In this document: positions 50,686 through 63,911 of the stretch, in pieces
How the letters are laid out: every line of letters starts with the position of its first letter
How positions within the stretch are numbered: position 1 is the stretch's first letter
NCBI RefSeq assembly: GCF_006345805.1
Contig: NC_042998.1
Coordinates: 167,524,001 to 167,588,000, forward strand
DNA: 64,000 nucleotides
From: Octopus sinensis
Taxonomy: Eukaryota
Direction: 5' to 3'
The notes under the pieces: generated by a model
What the model was told of the DNA's origin: nothing
Database searches by the model: none
What the model saw: the letters and a program-made list of their open reading frames with translations, nothing else
Made by a program: the position numbers and the translations under genes

Positions 50686-51999
50686 GAGCGGGAGAAATAT
50701 ACTCAATACTATAGTAGAGCAGATCAGCTTACATAAACTATGTGTGCATGCATGAATGTGTTTTTTTACATGTATATATAAATTTTCTTAGATCCGCATA
50801 TTCTTTACCGTTCTATTTACGCGCATAATAAATACTCATAACTATACACAATTATACACATATACTTACTCACAAATATACAGACTTTTGTTCTCTTTTG
50901 GTTAATATTCTTTCCCCTCTCCGATTACAAACTAGACTAGAACTGTCGCCATTTCCCTACAGGCCAGTCGGAACACGTTTATTTTGGTTGAGGAACGCTA
51001 AAAAATACACTATGAAGAACCTTTGACCCTAATTAAAGACCGACAAAAAGGAACAAAAATGGCGTCAACCAGAAGAGCTGTTTACTGCCTTATTACAAGA
51101 TTTATCGCTGACAATAGACTAAAACAAAAGCATATATATAAATAAAAATAATTAAGAACAATTACTGTTACAACTAATAAAACTATAAGGAAAACAGAAA
51201 CGAAGAGTAGTACAATAAAACAAAAATTATATATCGAAAGACAGAAAGCAAGAGGCAGGAAACATATGGGTAGTTGGTAGGTGTCACCGAGGATATACAG
51301 AAGAAACATTTTTAGCAGGATTATATTTTTATGGGACGGCTTATATTTGTTTTTGATTTTTGTTTTAATTTATTTATTTCATCTATTTTTATGTATTTGT
51401 AATATGAGTTGCTTGAAAGCAAAGTGTATAGTTTCAGTCGTAGAACATATTCTTTGTCATGTAATGAAAATATTAATGATTTCTATACTTGCCAAAGTGG
51501 CGATGGCTAAACGAGTTAATACAAACAGACTACAAAATAAGTTGAGGGTTTACGCTGAATTGACAATGAAAAGACAGGCATTGTAAAGACAGGCATGGAA
51601 AAGCGAGTCAAGAGATCCAGGGTTTTTCTTTGTACCAAACGATAAGTGCTTCAATTCAGCAGTATTCTTCGACTTACAAAGACATACTGAGAGTATTCTC
51701 TTTCGCATTAGTTATTCTTGCCTCTGCCAACCATCCTTTTAGCACTTTTACAACACAACCCTCTCTATTTTCACCGCCTTTTCGAGAACTTCAAAATGAT
51801 AATGAGGGTTCAGCTGAAGTATAACGTGTATGCTCTAATCTGGCCCAACATACAATCTCTTTCTCTAATGTCATCAAACGGAAAAATTGCATACACTTCT
51901 CTGTAAAAGAAAGGCTGCAGGGGTTTAGTACTTAGGACCTTTTAATCGTTTGCATGATTTATGAGTGAAGTGCTTATTCTAAGTGTAAGAGAAAACACC

Positions 52000-52977
52000 C
52001 CGAGGATAATATTCCCTCGGACAAAACCCCCATAGTTAAAGTGTGAAAGCGGGCAAAACCCCTTCGGTTATATTTTTCGGTTATTTTTCGTTTTTTTCCC
52101 CTTTTACTTGTTTCAGTTATTAGACTGTGGCCATGCTGGGGTACCACCTTGAAGAATTTTTAGTTGAACGTATCAACCGTAGATTTTTATTACTTTTTAC
52201 TTGTTGCAGTTATTAGACTGTGGCCATGCTGGAGCACCACCTTAAAATGATTAGACGACTGTATCGAACTCAGAAGTTTTTAAAGCCTGGTCAAAACCAC
52301 CACAGTGATAAATTTGTTTCTTTTTTTTGTACTTGTTAAATCATTAGACTGCGGCCATAATTGTCTTTGGTGATCTTTAATTTGTGATCGGTAATAAAGT
52401 CACGGGAAAGAAAAGTCACAGTAATAAAGTTACAATTTTCGCTAGGAAAAAAAGTCAAAATTAATTTATGGGATCCAGACAAAGCCTCCCTAGGACAAAA
52501 CCCCCTCGGACACCCACCCCCGGCCAAAACTCATAAGTAGAAGAGAATAACAGAACAAAACTCTTTAATGTACATATTGTCTGAATTCTAACAACAGGGA
52601 AAGCATCTACTTCAAAAGAATGTGTAGAAAGATAGAAACAATAAGAAGTACGCTTGAACAACTAGCCTTCAGCGCCATAATTCTGTTGGACCTTCAACGA
52701 CCGGAGAAAGTTCAAAAGGTCAGTTCATTCTCATTAATCTCTAAGTGCATACAGAAAAAAACAAAAGAGTTTAAATCTAAATTTTAAAATACTGAATTTT
52801 CTGCGACTAATAATTCTTCAAGGGGATGCCCTAGCATGGCCGAAGTCTAATGACTGAAACAAGTAAAAAGGAAAAAGAACGAAAAACAACCAAAACATAT
52901 AACCGGGGGGATTTTGCCCGCTTTCGCACTTTAACTAAGGGGGTTTTGTCCTAGGAGTGGGTTTTGTCCGGATCCCG
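52000..52977. mobile_element. Non-autonomous DNA element with GGACAAAACCCC subterminal motifs, containing SINE tails
   Basis: ~52017-52070 is inverted at ~52901-52953; GGATCC.GACAAA end at 52481 and its inverse at ~52960-52976. Confidence 0.6.
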
Positions 52978-53946
52978 CATATTTTATAGGCTCTTTACAA
53001 CCGGTGTGGCTTTACTTACGTCCCTGGGACTTAGCGCTTTAGCACGTATGTATATATGTATGTATATATGTATGTGTTTGTTAGACGCTTCTGCATAGTT
53101 TCCATCTATTCACTCACAGGACATTAGTCGGCCTAAGGCAGTTACCTAAGGTGCTATACAGTGACAGTGAACCCGAAACCACGAAGTTGTAAATTGAGCT
53201 TCTTAACCATACAGCCATGCCTGCGATATCATGTCTTTTCTTTTTCTTTGCTTTAAAGAGTGTTTGCGACGGCTAATGTTCCTCCTTTCTTCATATTTAC
53301 ATTTGCCGTAACGTGTGCATGTATACCGTTGCTGGTGTCGGTCTCTTTGTGGTTGTAGTTGCTGATACCGTTTAGAAGATTTCTACTCAGTACAATTTAA
53401 ATTCAATGTTAAAATGCTCGTGTTTATTTTAGTTCATAGTTACAATAAAGTATTCTTTTCTTTTTGTTTTCTGAGTGTGAAATATAGTGTATTTTTCCAG
53501 TTTTCTTTTTGTAGGGCTGGAGTACGAATATTCATTGCCAATTCTTTGCATGTCGGTGACTGAAATTAAAAATGGCGTAAAGGTTAGTATATTGCATTCA
53601 GGATCTAACGATTATGAGTTCGTATTCCCGGACCGGGCGACGTGTTACGCTCTTGAGCAAAAGCAGACACATTAATCCTTCTTTTGAACAGGTTTAATGA
53701 TTTTTCTTTAATACATCTATCAAAAAATATCTATCGGTTTTCTATCGGTTTTCGGCAAATATATATACGAATCAAGGAAAGAATCGGAGAAAATAAACAA
53801 AGAATTAAGCGCTACATCAATGCCGATGGTCCCTTTTTTATACCAGACCTTACTTGCCACCGAACTTAATATTTGTGAAAATGGGTTTGAAAACATAAAT
53901 TACTAATGAATAATTAAAGTTTGGCATTAACTTCATAGTATAAACA

Positions 53947-54459
53947 GAAACAAAATGTTAATTTTTTCATATCATTTTGTCAATATCTGGTGTCATGTTA
54001 GTGTCATTATTGTTATTTTATGTTTACATCTAACATTTATATTTAATGGCATTATTTGAGGTTTTGTGCATTCAACTACTTAAACCTAATAGTCGTATAA
54101 TCGCGAACATTTTGCATTTGATTAATCTCTTATTCCTGCTAAAATAGACCGGGAACCGCGAGGCCTCCAAAAAATGGCCAGGGAAACAAAATGTTAATTT
54201 TTTCATATCATTTTGTCAATATCTGGTGTCATGTTAGTGTCATTATTGTTATTTTATGTTTACATCTAACATTTATATATAATGGCATTATTTGAGGTTT
54301 TGTGCATTCAACTACTTAAACCTAATAGTCGTGTAATCGCGAACATTGTGCATTTGATTAATCTCTTATTCCTGCCAAAATAGGCCGGGAACCGCGAGGC
54401 CTCCAAAAAATGGCCAGGGGCCGCGAAGCAAAAATTGTGAAAAAGGTTGAGAACCACTG
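53947..54459. mobile_element. hAT-type element right end with 236-bp internal tandem duplication
   Basis: Units 53947-54182 and 54183-54418 are nearly identical; terminus GGTTGAGAACCACTG at 54459; left TIR not found. Confidence 0.75.
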
Positions 54460-54740
54460 TACTAGACCATGAAATACACTATAAATTTTATTGCAATAGC
54501 ATGTACTTGCAAAATTACCATATAAATAAGCTTTCAATAGTGCGCAGGCAGGTGCACATACGCATATAACCATACATAAGAATAAGCTATGTACATTTAA
54601 TAAACTGTGAGCCTTTGTAGACACACAAAGGAAACGCTCTTTATTTACTTTACTTTGTAACGTTGTATAACTTCAGAAATGCTTTGCTTTATATAGGATA
54701 CAATCGTATTAAATATCTAAATCTAACCACCCGCACTTGC

Positions 54741-54777
<37 letters not shown>

Positions 54778-54792
54778 ATAATATATATATAT

Positions 54793-55060
54793 ATAGGACG
54801 AATGCTGCTGTTGATTAGCTCCAAGAGGCGGTCGCCTCTAGCTAGCTATATGACATACGAACCTGTGTCCATTATAACCTTCGAACAGGGAGGTCAGTCG
54901 CTTCCCCTTGCTGGTCTGGCATCTACAGACAAGTTTCAGGGTAACTCAGAGTAACAGGATTTGTTGAATTTTCTGCTGCTTTAAATAAAGCATATAACTC
55001 TACCACTGGTATTTGAGTACTCTTTTTTCCACCTTGTTTCATATTTATGTGTTTACTCCA

Positions 55061-55122
<62 letters not shown>

Positions 55123-55279
55123 GGCAAATACCCTGAAACTTGTCTGTAGATGCCAGACCAGCAAGGGGAAGCGACTGACCTCCCTGTTCGAAGGTTATAA
55201 TGGACACAGGTTCGTATGTCACATAGCTAGCTAGAGGCGATCGCCTCTTGGAGCTAATCAACGGCAGCATTCGTCCTAT
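54793..55279. repeat. 151-bp inverted duplication (3 mismatches) carrying a half hammerhead
   Basis: Arms 54793-54943 and 55129-55279; GGGG CAAATA CCCT GAAA CTTG TC TGTAG at 55121-55149 directly follows (TA)n. Confidence 0.88.
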
Positions 55280-58200
55280 TTTTCTGGACTGCCATGTTAG
55301 CTTAGCGATAACTATTAATATCCAGTACCGCTGCCGTAGTCTCCTTTAGAGAGACTTAGAAATATTAATATATATATATATTCCGAAAGGCCTTGTTGGA
55401 AGTCAACCTTCCGAGTTCTTCTACAGGGTTTAGAAAAACTGAAGGACCGCTGCAGTAAGTGTTTGAATCTGAGAGGGGAATATGTTGCATAAAATCATAA
55501 GTAACTGATCCTCCAGTATTTTCTTTCATCGAAAGTCAGTAACTTCTCAGCACTCATATTTCGTGAAAAGCAATCTACTCATCGATGCTTAGAGAATTTA
55601 CATGGTACCGCAAAACTAAATGTAAATTATATACAATTTCAATTGGTTAAGCCATTTAAACTTTGACGGTTCCGGGTGTCTATAAACCTAAACACACTTT
55701 GTTTATCGACTCCCGAAATTTGCAAATAAACAGAGTTGTTCTCGTCGGGATTTGAAATGCAAAACCAAAATAAACATCTTTAGGTTTCTTCGTTTGAAAC
55801 ACCAAAACAGCTCTATCAATTCGCTTTCTGGCTGGTGTTGCATGCAAGCTTGCTATTCTTTCGTTCTTTATAGCTGATATTTATTTGGTGTGTGTTGTGT
55901 CTGTAGTTAAGAATGTTAGTCTTACTAATGATGTTGTGTGTTGTGCTTTTACTGTCATAATAGCTACTTCTGATAATATCGTCGATGACATCGTTGTCTT
56001 CCTTATAGTTGTTATAGCCACTGTTATAGCTGTCACTGTTGATGTGCTCGCTCATGTTGATGTGCTTTTTGCTGTCTTTTTTCTGTTATTGTGTAACTAT
56101 TTGTTTCTTATAGCATCAGGTGACATGGAAAGAAAGAAAACAACTGTAGATGTATTGTATAAGCGTTGAAGCTAACCTAGAGTTACCATAAATTAAAGTA
56201 AATATTCAAACAATCTACTTTTTCATGTATTGTTTTCTCTCTGTCACAGTTTTCGCAGATACTCACAGATGTGTATAGGTGGTGGTTTTGGAAGATGTCT
56301 GCCATTTTTTTACACGCCCACAGTTTTTAAAACGAGTGCGGGAATATGACTGTGTGTGACCATATGCATTATATTAAAGTAATTGTGTGTGTATATATGT
56401 GTGTAATAGTATGTAATTGATATTTACGGATGCATGTCAAATATTCTGTAATGTTTGCTATATGTACGCATGCACAGACGGAAACATGTGAATCCACGTG
56501 TTTAAAATACACAGACAAACGCATATGCATACAATATGTGTATGGAAGTGCGTGGATTTGTGTGTATGCGCGTAAGTATGGGAGTTAAGTATAATGTGTG
56601 TAAGTAGCCCATGATATATTTAAACACGGTATATACATTTTCAAAGAGTGAAAAGAGTGTTTCAAAAAGGCTTTGAGAATTGATATGGAAATGCAAAAGG
56701 AACAGAAGGGTCATATTCGAAACTGTGTAAGTTTCAAATAATTTAAATAAAATTAAGCCAGACAATAAAATAAACTCACTGAAAGCCCAACAATAAGATA
56801 AACTACTTGGAAGCCTGACTGAAATATACCATTACAACACGGTTGGTGGTTTTCTACACAATTTTTTCCAACAATACTTAAATATTCTTTGAAGCAAATC
56901 ACTATTTTTCCTTTTCACCTTTTTTTGAAACCGGAGAGAAGTTTCCTCCCAACCATAATTATAAAGTTTGTGCAATAAGGTTTAACGGGCCATGCATAAA
57001 CAACGAAGACCACTGTCGAAAAATATGTGTTCAGAAATTAATTGGATTTATATCGTGATGGATCAAAAGTATGGAACCGATATATATTTTGAAGTTGGAA
57101 TGCTGAGTTCTGATATTGTGAATAAGTTTTTAAGTTTCCTACACAAAATAATTATCAACAGAAGGGTAGATTATTTTGGAAAAACTCTATATTTGACGGT
57201 TTCAGTTTGTATGCCGTCAAAATATGTTTAACTGGTTATTTAAGCGCTACATGTCTACAGGATCAGTTCACAAGACAATCAGTTACAACAACAGCAACAA
57301 ACCACTTTTAGTATCAGAAATACATGCAATACTAATCATAAGATGTAAACATTTCATAAATCTCATACTTAAAGGGCGTAGTTCTGTAAACCCCAAAAGA
57401 TTTAGTTGCTTGTGTAATAATACATTGCAAGGGAGTTTTCCATATATTTCATTGGCAAATTTGATTTCTGCATGTGAGGAAAAGAAACGTTGTAGTTTAT
57501 ACGTGAATTCTGTCCTCTAATACTACTCCTGGTACGAATTTGCAGCTAACGTGAACTAAGCAACAGAGTGTAAAAATAGTTGGCCAAAATAGCACGTCAA
57601 CCACATCGATGTTGGGATATGAAATGACAAATCTCCAACTCCTCGGAAGGTGGAGATACTTTCTCTGTTTGTCTAGTTGCAACTAACAGAGACGTATTAC
57701 ATTAGAAGCACAGTAACTCCTACAGCCAATTTTTGTTGGTAACTCAAAAGACTAAATATTAGTTTTACTTTTTCTGATTATATTTTAATTTGAACGATAA
57801 GCAATCTCATTTAATGAAATATACGCAGTCACTCCTCAGGCCTGACTTTCTAAGTGGCCGGAAAAGAGGAGATTCGTTGGGCCAACAGTTTTCCCAGGTT
57901 AGTGGCATTATTCAATTCAAACCAAGATGTTTTAACGATTGCCCACAGTTTTTTTTTACTTGGTTCATTTTTGTTGTATTTGCTGTTTTTACATCGAGTA
58001 GAAAAGAATGTTCGTCTCTTTTCAAATATTCTTGAATCCACCTGTTGAATCGAAAGCATCTTGCTCGGTAAGCAGAAGTTGATCGTATTTTAGTCATTAA
58101 GGAAAAGGTTAAACCTCTACATTTGCTTTTGACTTACTTTCTTTTGCTGAGTATTATCACTTACTGCTATAACCTATGTATTTGATGGGAATTTTATTCT

Positions 58201-58967
58201 ATTTCTTCTGATTATTGTCTGTTGTAAATATGAATCTGCGGGGTTTTGATGTTGAGTTTGCTTATTGAGGATATTAATCTATGAGTGAGTTTATGATGTT
58301 CATTTTCACACCACTTGTCAATCACTGCGCGGTTCCCTTGTGATGTACCTAATTAGCACTGCCATTTTGGCAGACCTTCGAAAAATACATGTGATATTTT
58401 ACATTTTAGTTTCAGTTGTTAAATAGCGAATACTCGTAATTTAATATTGGGGTCAGCTTTGCATGGGATGGATGGGTAGTAAAAACAGTTTCTTAATCAG
58501 CAACAATCGTTTAAAAATAATGCTTGTTTCATTTTACCACGCGGTTTCCTAGCCCAAATGACCTTTAAATTTAATCGCGTTGCTAAATTCGTGACTTAAC
58601 TTAAATTAAAATCCTCCAATCTCTACTCACTTGGAGAGAGCCCGAACAACAGAAAAGAAAGGATAGATAAGGCAGAGACGAGATGAAAACGACTTCTTAT
58701 CTAGTAATTAGAAGCACTGCAATAGAAGATAAGATACCTTCTTAAATATGATTTAGAATCCCCCTTCCAAGCATACACTCTCCGTGTCCCTTTTATCACA
58801 TGCTTTTTCTGAACGTCCCTGTCTACGTTTGCCTCTGACTCTACCACTTTTTTCTATCCACGCTTTCTTACTTTTTCTCTCTTTTTCTCTTTCTCTTTCT
58901 ATTTCCATACATATATACATGTATATATACACTTACATTCAGCCCCACACAAATATATGTATGTATG

Positions 58968-59066
<99 letters not shown>

Positions 59067-59322
59067 TTATCTATCCATACATAGACACAGACACACGCAC
59101 AGACACACATAGACACACACACACATAGACACACACACAAACACGCACGTGTGTGTGCGTGTATCTGTTTCAGTCATCAGACTGTGGCCATTGTGGGGCA
59201 CCGGCTTGCAGAATTTAGCTGAACTACTATGTTATGAGGACGTAAACAAACGCGGCCTGTCAAGCAGTAGTGAGGGGATACAAAGACATACACACACATA
59301 CAGATACTTAGTGGCGTGTGTA

Positions 59323-59396
<74 letters not shown>

Positions 59397-59420
59397 TATA
59401 TATATATTATATATATATAC

Positions 59421-59694
59421 ACAATTGCAGCGTGGAAGGTGTTTATAAGCCATTTAAGAAACACACAAAAGCCGTTCGATTCACTTCAACATTTAAGTTT
59501 AATTTGTCAAAATATTTTCGTCGCTAAAATCCGCGACCTGTTCACTGACAAAAATCCGTGCTGCATCACGTGAACAGGTCGCGGATTTTAGCGACGAAAA
59601 TATTTTGACAAATTAAACTTAAATGTTGAAGTGAATCGAACGGCTTTTGTGTGTTTCTTAAATGGCTTATAAACACCTTCCACGCTGCAATTGT
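59421..59694. repeat. Perfect 125-bp inverted repeat with 24-nt spacer
   Basis: Arms 59421-59545 and 59570-59694. Confidence 0.93.
59503..59552 (-). ncRNA. Minimal type I hammerhead motif with G3-C8 compensatory core
   Basis: TTTGTCA GTGAACA G GTCGC GGATTTTA GCGAC GAAA ATAT TT TGACAAA: 7-bp stem I, 5-bp stem II, palindromic AATATT stem III. Confidence 0.75.
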
Positions 59695-59759
59695 TTTCGT
59701 TTCAGCACACGATCTCAGATCAAATTACTTGCTATACGAGTACATCTCCGTAAATATAT

Positions 59760-59807
<48 letters not shown>

Positions 59808-59915
59808 TCCTTACGTCACTAACTTTTTGGGAAGTTTTTCCTTATATATATATATATATATTCGAACTTCTTTCAATTTCCGTCTACCAGATCCACTCAC
59901 AGAACTTTGGTTGAT

Positions 59916-60518
59916 CCGGGATTGAAATTTTTTCCCACGAGAGTTTCGGACCCCAGTTATGAACTCATTTGCATTCAGCCTATCAGAGCTCACATTCACC
60001 TTCTTGTAAAGTTAACAAAGATTGGCATTCAAAATGGCGACTTCCGATTGCAATGCGAATCTTGTATTTATGCTCCCACGCACATCCCTATATCATCAAT
60101 ACTGAATATATACGCTGGTTAACGGTAAGTTTGAATTACTATAGCAATCAAAGATTATGTTTTTGACGAATGTGAAAGTACGGAAACTGCTTGAAGGTTT
60201 TATAAATACACATTGATTCATTGATACGAATTATGGACGTGTGTGTATTGTTAATGTATATTTGGCTATCCGAGTCCCACATGTGCATTTTCCTGTGGTC
60301 TTCAGAGGCAGCCATGGTTGAACCAAGAACAAGAACAACAAGCATTATTAAAAGAGAAATGGAGCATGGTCATTCCTTACCCAAGTAACTTTATCTTAGC
60401 GCCCATCACTTGTTATGCGCTCATAAATTAGTTTGATAGTTGAGCTCTGATTGGCTGCATGCAAATGAGTTCATAACTGGGGTCCGGAACTCTCGTGGAA
60501 AAAAATTCGCGACCTGGG
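59916..60518. mobile_element. MITE with ~80-bp TIRs inserted in a family B SINE
   Basis: 59916-59992 is inverted at 60441-60518; SINE sequence resumes on both sides. Confidence 0.75.
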
Positions 60519-60776
60519 TCTGTGGAAAAAGACATTTTCTCATGCTGCTACACAGAAGTCTGAAGCATCAATAATGTGGTGTATTTATGTACGTATGTAT
60601 GAATGTATGTATGTATGTATGTATGTATGTAGGTAGGTAGGTAGGTAGGTATATAGATGAATAGATAGATACATACATACACACACATATAAATACACAT
60701 ATGTATACACACACACACATACACACAAACATAGGGATTCTAAAATCACAAGAACCCATGAATTTTTTCCTGTTAG

Positions 60777-60836
60777 ACAAGAGCAACTGTTGCCTATGCA
60801 GAAGCCTCTGCACCATTGATGTTGTTCAAGAGAACA
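60777..60836 (+). CDS. Candidate internal exon (60 nt), product unknown
   Basis: Acceptor AATTTTTTCCTGTTAG| and donor ACA|GTAAGT; open in phase 1-1 (KSNCCLCRSLCTIDVVQEN) and in phase 0-0. Confidence 0.35.
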
Positions 60837-61279
60837 GTAAGTGCAGAAATTCTATGATATAGAAATTCAACATCATGTTACATGCTAACTAGATATTGGA
60901 CATTAAGTATTTCGAAGTTAGTGACGGGTGGTTATAATGATTTATAAAATGCCATGAATTAAAATATTAGACCACTGACATCGAAACAGGCAGTAAACCA
61001 ACCTATTGAATCGAATTTTTCAGGAAGCGGTTAAGTAATTTCATCGTGAAGAGCTCCTAAATTCTCAAGTATATAACGAGGATAAAAATTTAAGAAAGAA
61101 TCTCCTCTTAATGAATCCTCATTCCCTTGTCGCAAATTAAATAATGAGTTATCTGTCCACGTTGCTTTGTGCGAACGCAGCAGTATGGAATTTGTACGAT
61201 TAATGGAGAAGTGTGGTGAACACATCTGCAAGTTTTGAAAGACGTATTAATCCAATTACTAGTGCATTATTACTATTGT

Positions 61280-61425
61280 GGTGAGCGGACAGAATCATTA
61301 CTGCGCCGGACAAAATGCCTAGGTGCATTTCTTCCGGTTCTTTACTTTCTGAGTTCAAATGCCGCCGAGAAGGACTCTACCTTTCATCCACTCAGGGTGG
61401 ATAAAATAAAATAAGTACCAATCAA
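61280..61425 (+). mobile_element. SINE family A (degenerate)
   Basis: CAGAATCATTA..GAGTTCAAAT..CCTTTCATCC..GATAAAATAA blocks. Confidence 0.7.
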
Positions 61426-63245
61426 GCACTTAGAAATCGCGGTTCAGTGTGCACACTTCTGTTTTTTCTCACATTTCATTTATGCAGTCGATAGATACTA
61501 GTAAGATGATCTCAAACTTCCTACTGATAATGTGGAAGTACTGTTAATGTGGGCCAATGCATCTGCTTACCCACTTGGTCATCAGCTTGTTAGTACAGAT
61601 GAGAAAATAAAGTGTATGATACTGTTGCCTAATGTTACGTTTTACGATCCAATTATAATTGTTGTCTTACGGCCATATCACGTTGAAAATTTCTCGTCTG
61701 ATCACCGAAGTTAGTACTTAGATGTGTGACCACTTGGGAAACCTAGGTGCTGTAGACATCTATTAAATAAGGCTGTGTTCCAAGATGGCCGCAGTCAAAT
61801 GACTGACACAAGTAAAAGAATAAAACAAAATAGATCAATTGATCAAAGTACAATTGTAGCCTTCAAGAGACTATACTAACGAAGATTTTTGGATGAGGTT
61901 CTCGTGGTGATAAAAGGGGGCAGTATTATGGAAGGCGCTGAAGGCGGCAAGTAATCGCAGCATCATCTATTTTATCCATTTTCATTCCCATGGCGTGAGA
62001 CAACTATTGATATTAGTTATTATATGCACCAATTCAAGACAAAAAGAAAAAAAGAGCAACAGAACTACATATGTGACTCGAATCACCAATGTATCATCCG
62101 CTTGATATCGTATACTGTTTACGCAAGAGAATGCTTGCCATTTCCTCATCTCAAATTCGAGACTAACAATAGATACGTATTTCAAGCACCGTCAATGTTT
62201 TGTTCTTTCGTTTCAAACTGGTGATAAATAACAACACTAATATCAGTGTTGTTATTAACAGTCTGTATTCCGCCAGCCTGTTTTGGTTTATTCCTTCAAT
62301 AAAGCACTTCAATAATTAGGCTCAGAATATCGTGCTAATATTGTGGACTCCGCCAAAACGCCATATGATATTCAATAAAGATACTCGAGTAATTATTGTT
62401 TATGTTTATCCCTATTTTATATATAATCTATTGGAATAACTAGGGAAAGGCGATGGAATGGTCCACTCCTGGTGGACGTTTTTTAGGAAGCGGCAATTTT
62501 AGGTCTGCTCTATAAGCCTGTATGGACTATATTGGTAAGAAAATGGCGGCAAGCTGAAGAGTTACCCCAGGCGGCACATACACTTGTGACGCCACAGGCA
62601 GGCTTGTGATTAAAGGTTTTCCAGTTGTGATTAAGCACTTTCTCTGTTTGATTGTTATTGTTGTTCTTTTTCATAAGATGATTTATTTATTACTTTATTA
62701 TCCTATGTGCCCTTTTCAATACGTAAGGGGGTGATTTCAGAGATCTATTGACTATTTCAGTTAGGCTGATCGACCATTTAGAAGCTCACCCTTTTTACAC
62801 AGTTAATTTGATTTGGTGGGATCTTAATAACTTATTCAAAGAGCAAACCTGTCGCGCTGATCTGACAACAACATCTTCCTATACTATCAAGCGGCTTAGC
62901 GAGGAGTGTAAGGACCCTTTCTGAAAGGAACGTGCAAATCTAATAACTTAGCTTGATTTACTCCTCTTAATTAAGCGGAGATAACAATTATTAATTGAAT
63001 GTGTCACATATCTCATATATCAAATGACATGTTATCATTATTTTCATAATTATAGTCGTATTATTTCATTTTGTTGGTGATGGTGGTGACAGCGTCGCAG
63101 TGGATGTCGTTCGTATTGTTATCATTGTTTACAAGAGAACGACAGCGATGACAGAACCAATGAATTATATTCCTTTATATTTCATGTTCTTAAATCGTCG
63201 TTTCCGTCTAATTTGTTGTTGTATCTTTGCTGTGCAAGACAACAA

Positions 63246-63377
<132 letters not shown>

Positions 63378-63485
63378 TGTGATAACAACAATCATTTAAT
63401 AAACACAAGATTTCAATGTGGGCTACTATAAGTTTCGTGTTCTGTTAGCAGAGTAGTCGGATATACATGCACAGCGCATAATAGC

Positions 63486-63757
63486 GGCTGATAGGCACGT
63501 TGCTTGGCAGTAGAAATGGCTTGTCGAGGTTTTGTGGGGGCGTTCATTCTTCAACGCTCTTAGTGGCCTAGGAGTTACTGGTACAGCAAAATGGAGGCTT
63601 ACAATTCCATCCCAGAAGCTGCATAATTGAAATTTACTAGATGGGTTTCGTTAAAGGGAGAAACTAGGACTTGATCAACCACAGCTGGCTTGACTGGCTA
63701 GGGGTGTGATGATGAAAGACCAGACTCCCGCGACCCTAGAAATATCACTGACGAAGC
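63486..63757 (+). mobile_element. Hero-like (restriction-like endonuclease) non-LTR retrotransposon 3' end
   Basis: G**ARCLAVEMACRGFVG ... LGVTG ... EAA...RWVSLKGE, matching the GWRARC.PVEVGCRGF...EAAE..SRWLWLKR tail; the 3' UTR ends ATCACTGACGA. Confidence 0.7.
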
Positions 63758-63768
63758 ATATATATATA

Positions 63769-63807
<39 letters not shown>

Positions 63808-63875
63808 TTTCCGCCATGATAGATCGCTAGCCACTACACATTCTTTATTTTCTCTCCTTGTTTCTTTCGGTGTTC

Positions 63876-63911
63876 CTTTCTGTGGAAGAGCGTAGGCTCG
63901 AAACGTTAAAG
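63876..63911 (+). ncRNA. Minimal PLE-type hammerhead motif, A6U variant
   Basis: CTTT CTGTGGA A GAGC GTAG GCTC GAAA CG TT AAAG; palindromic ACGT stem III; GUU site. Confidence 0.65.

Noticed and set aside
53515-53582. Candidate exon LEYEYSLPILCMSVTEIKNGVK with a strong acceptor
   Set aside because: The apparent donor GTTAGT is the A-box of a degenerate SINE head starting at ~53570.
63748-63757. CTGACGAAGC as a ribozyme start
   Set aside because: It runs into (AT)n with no GAAA and fits the 3' UTR end of the Hero-like LINE.
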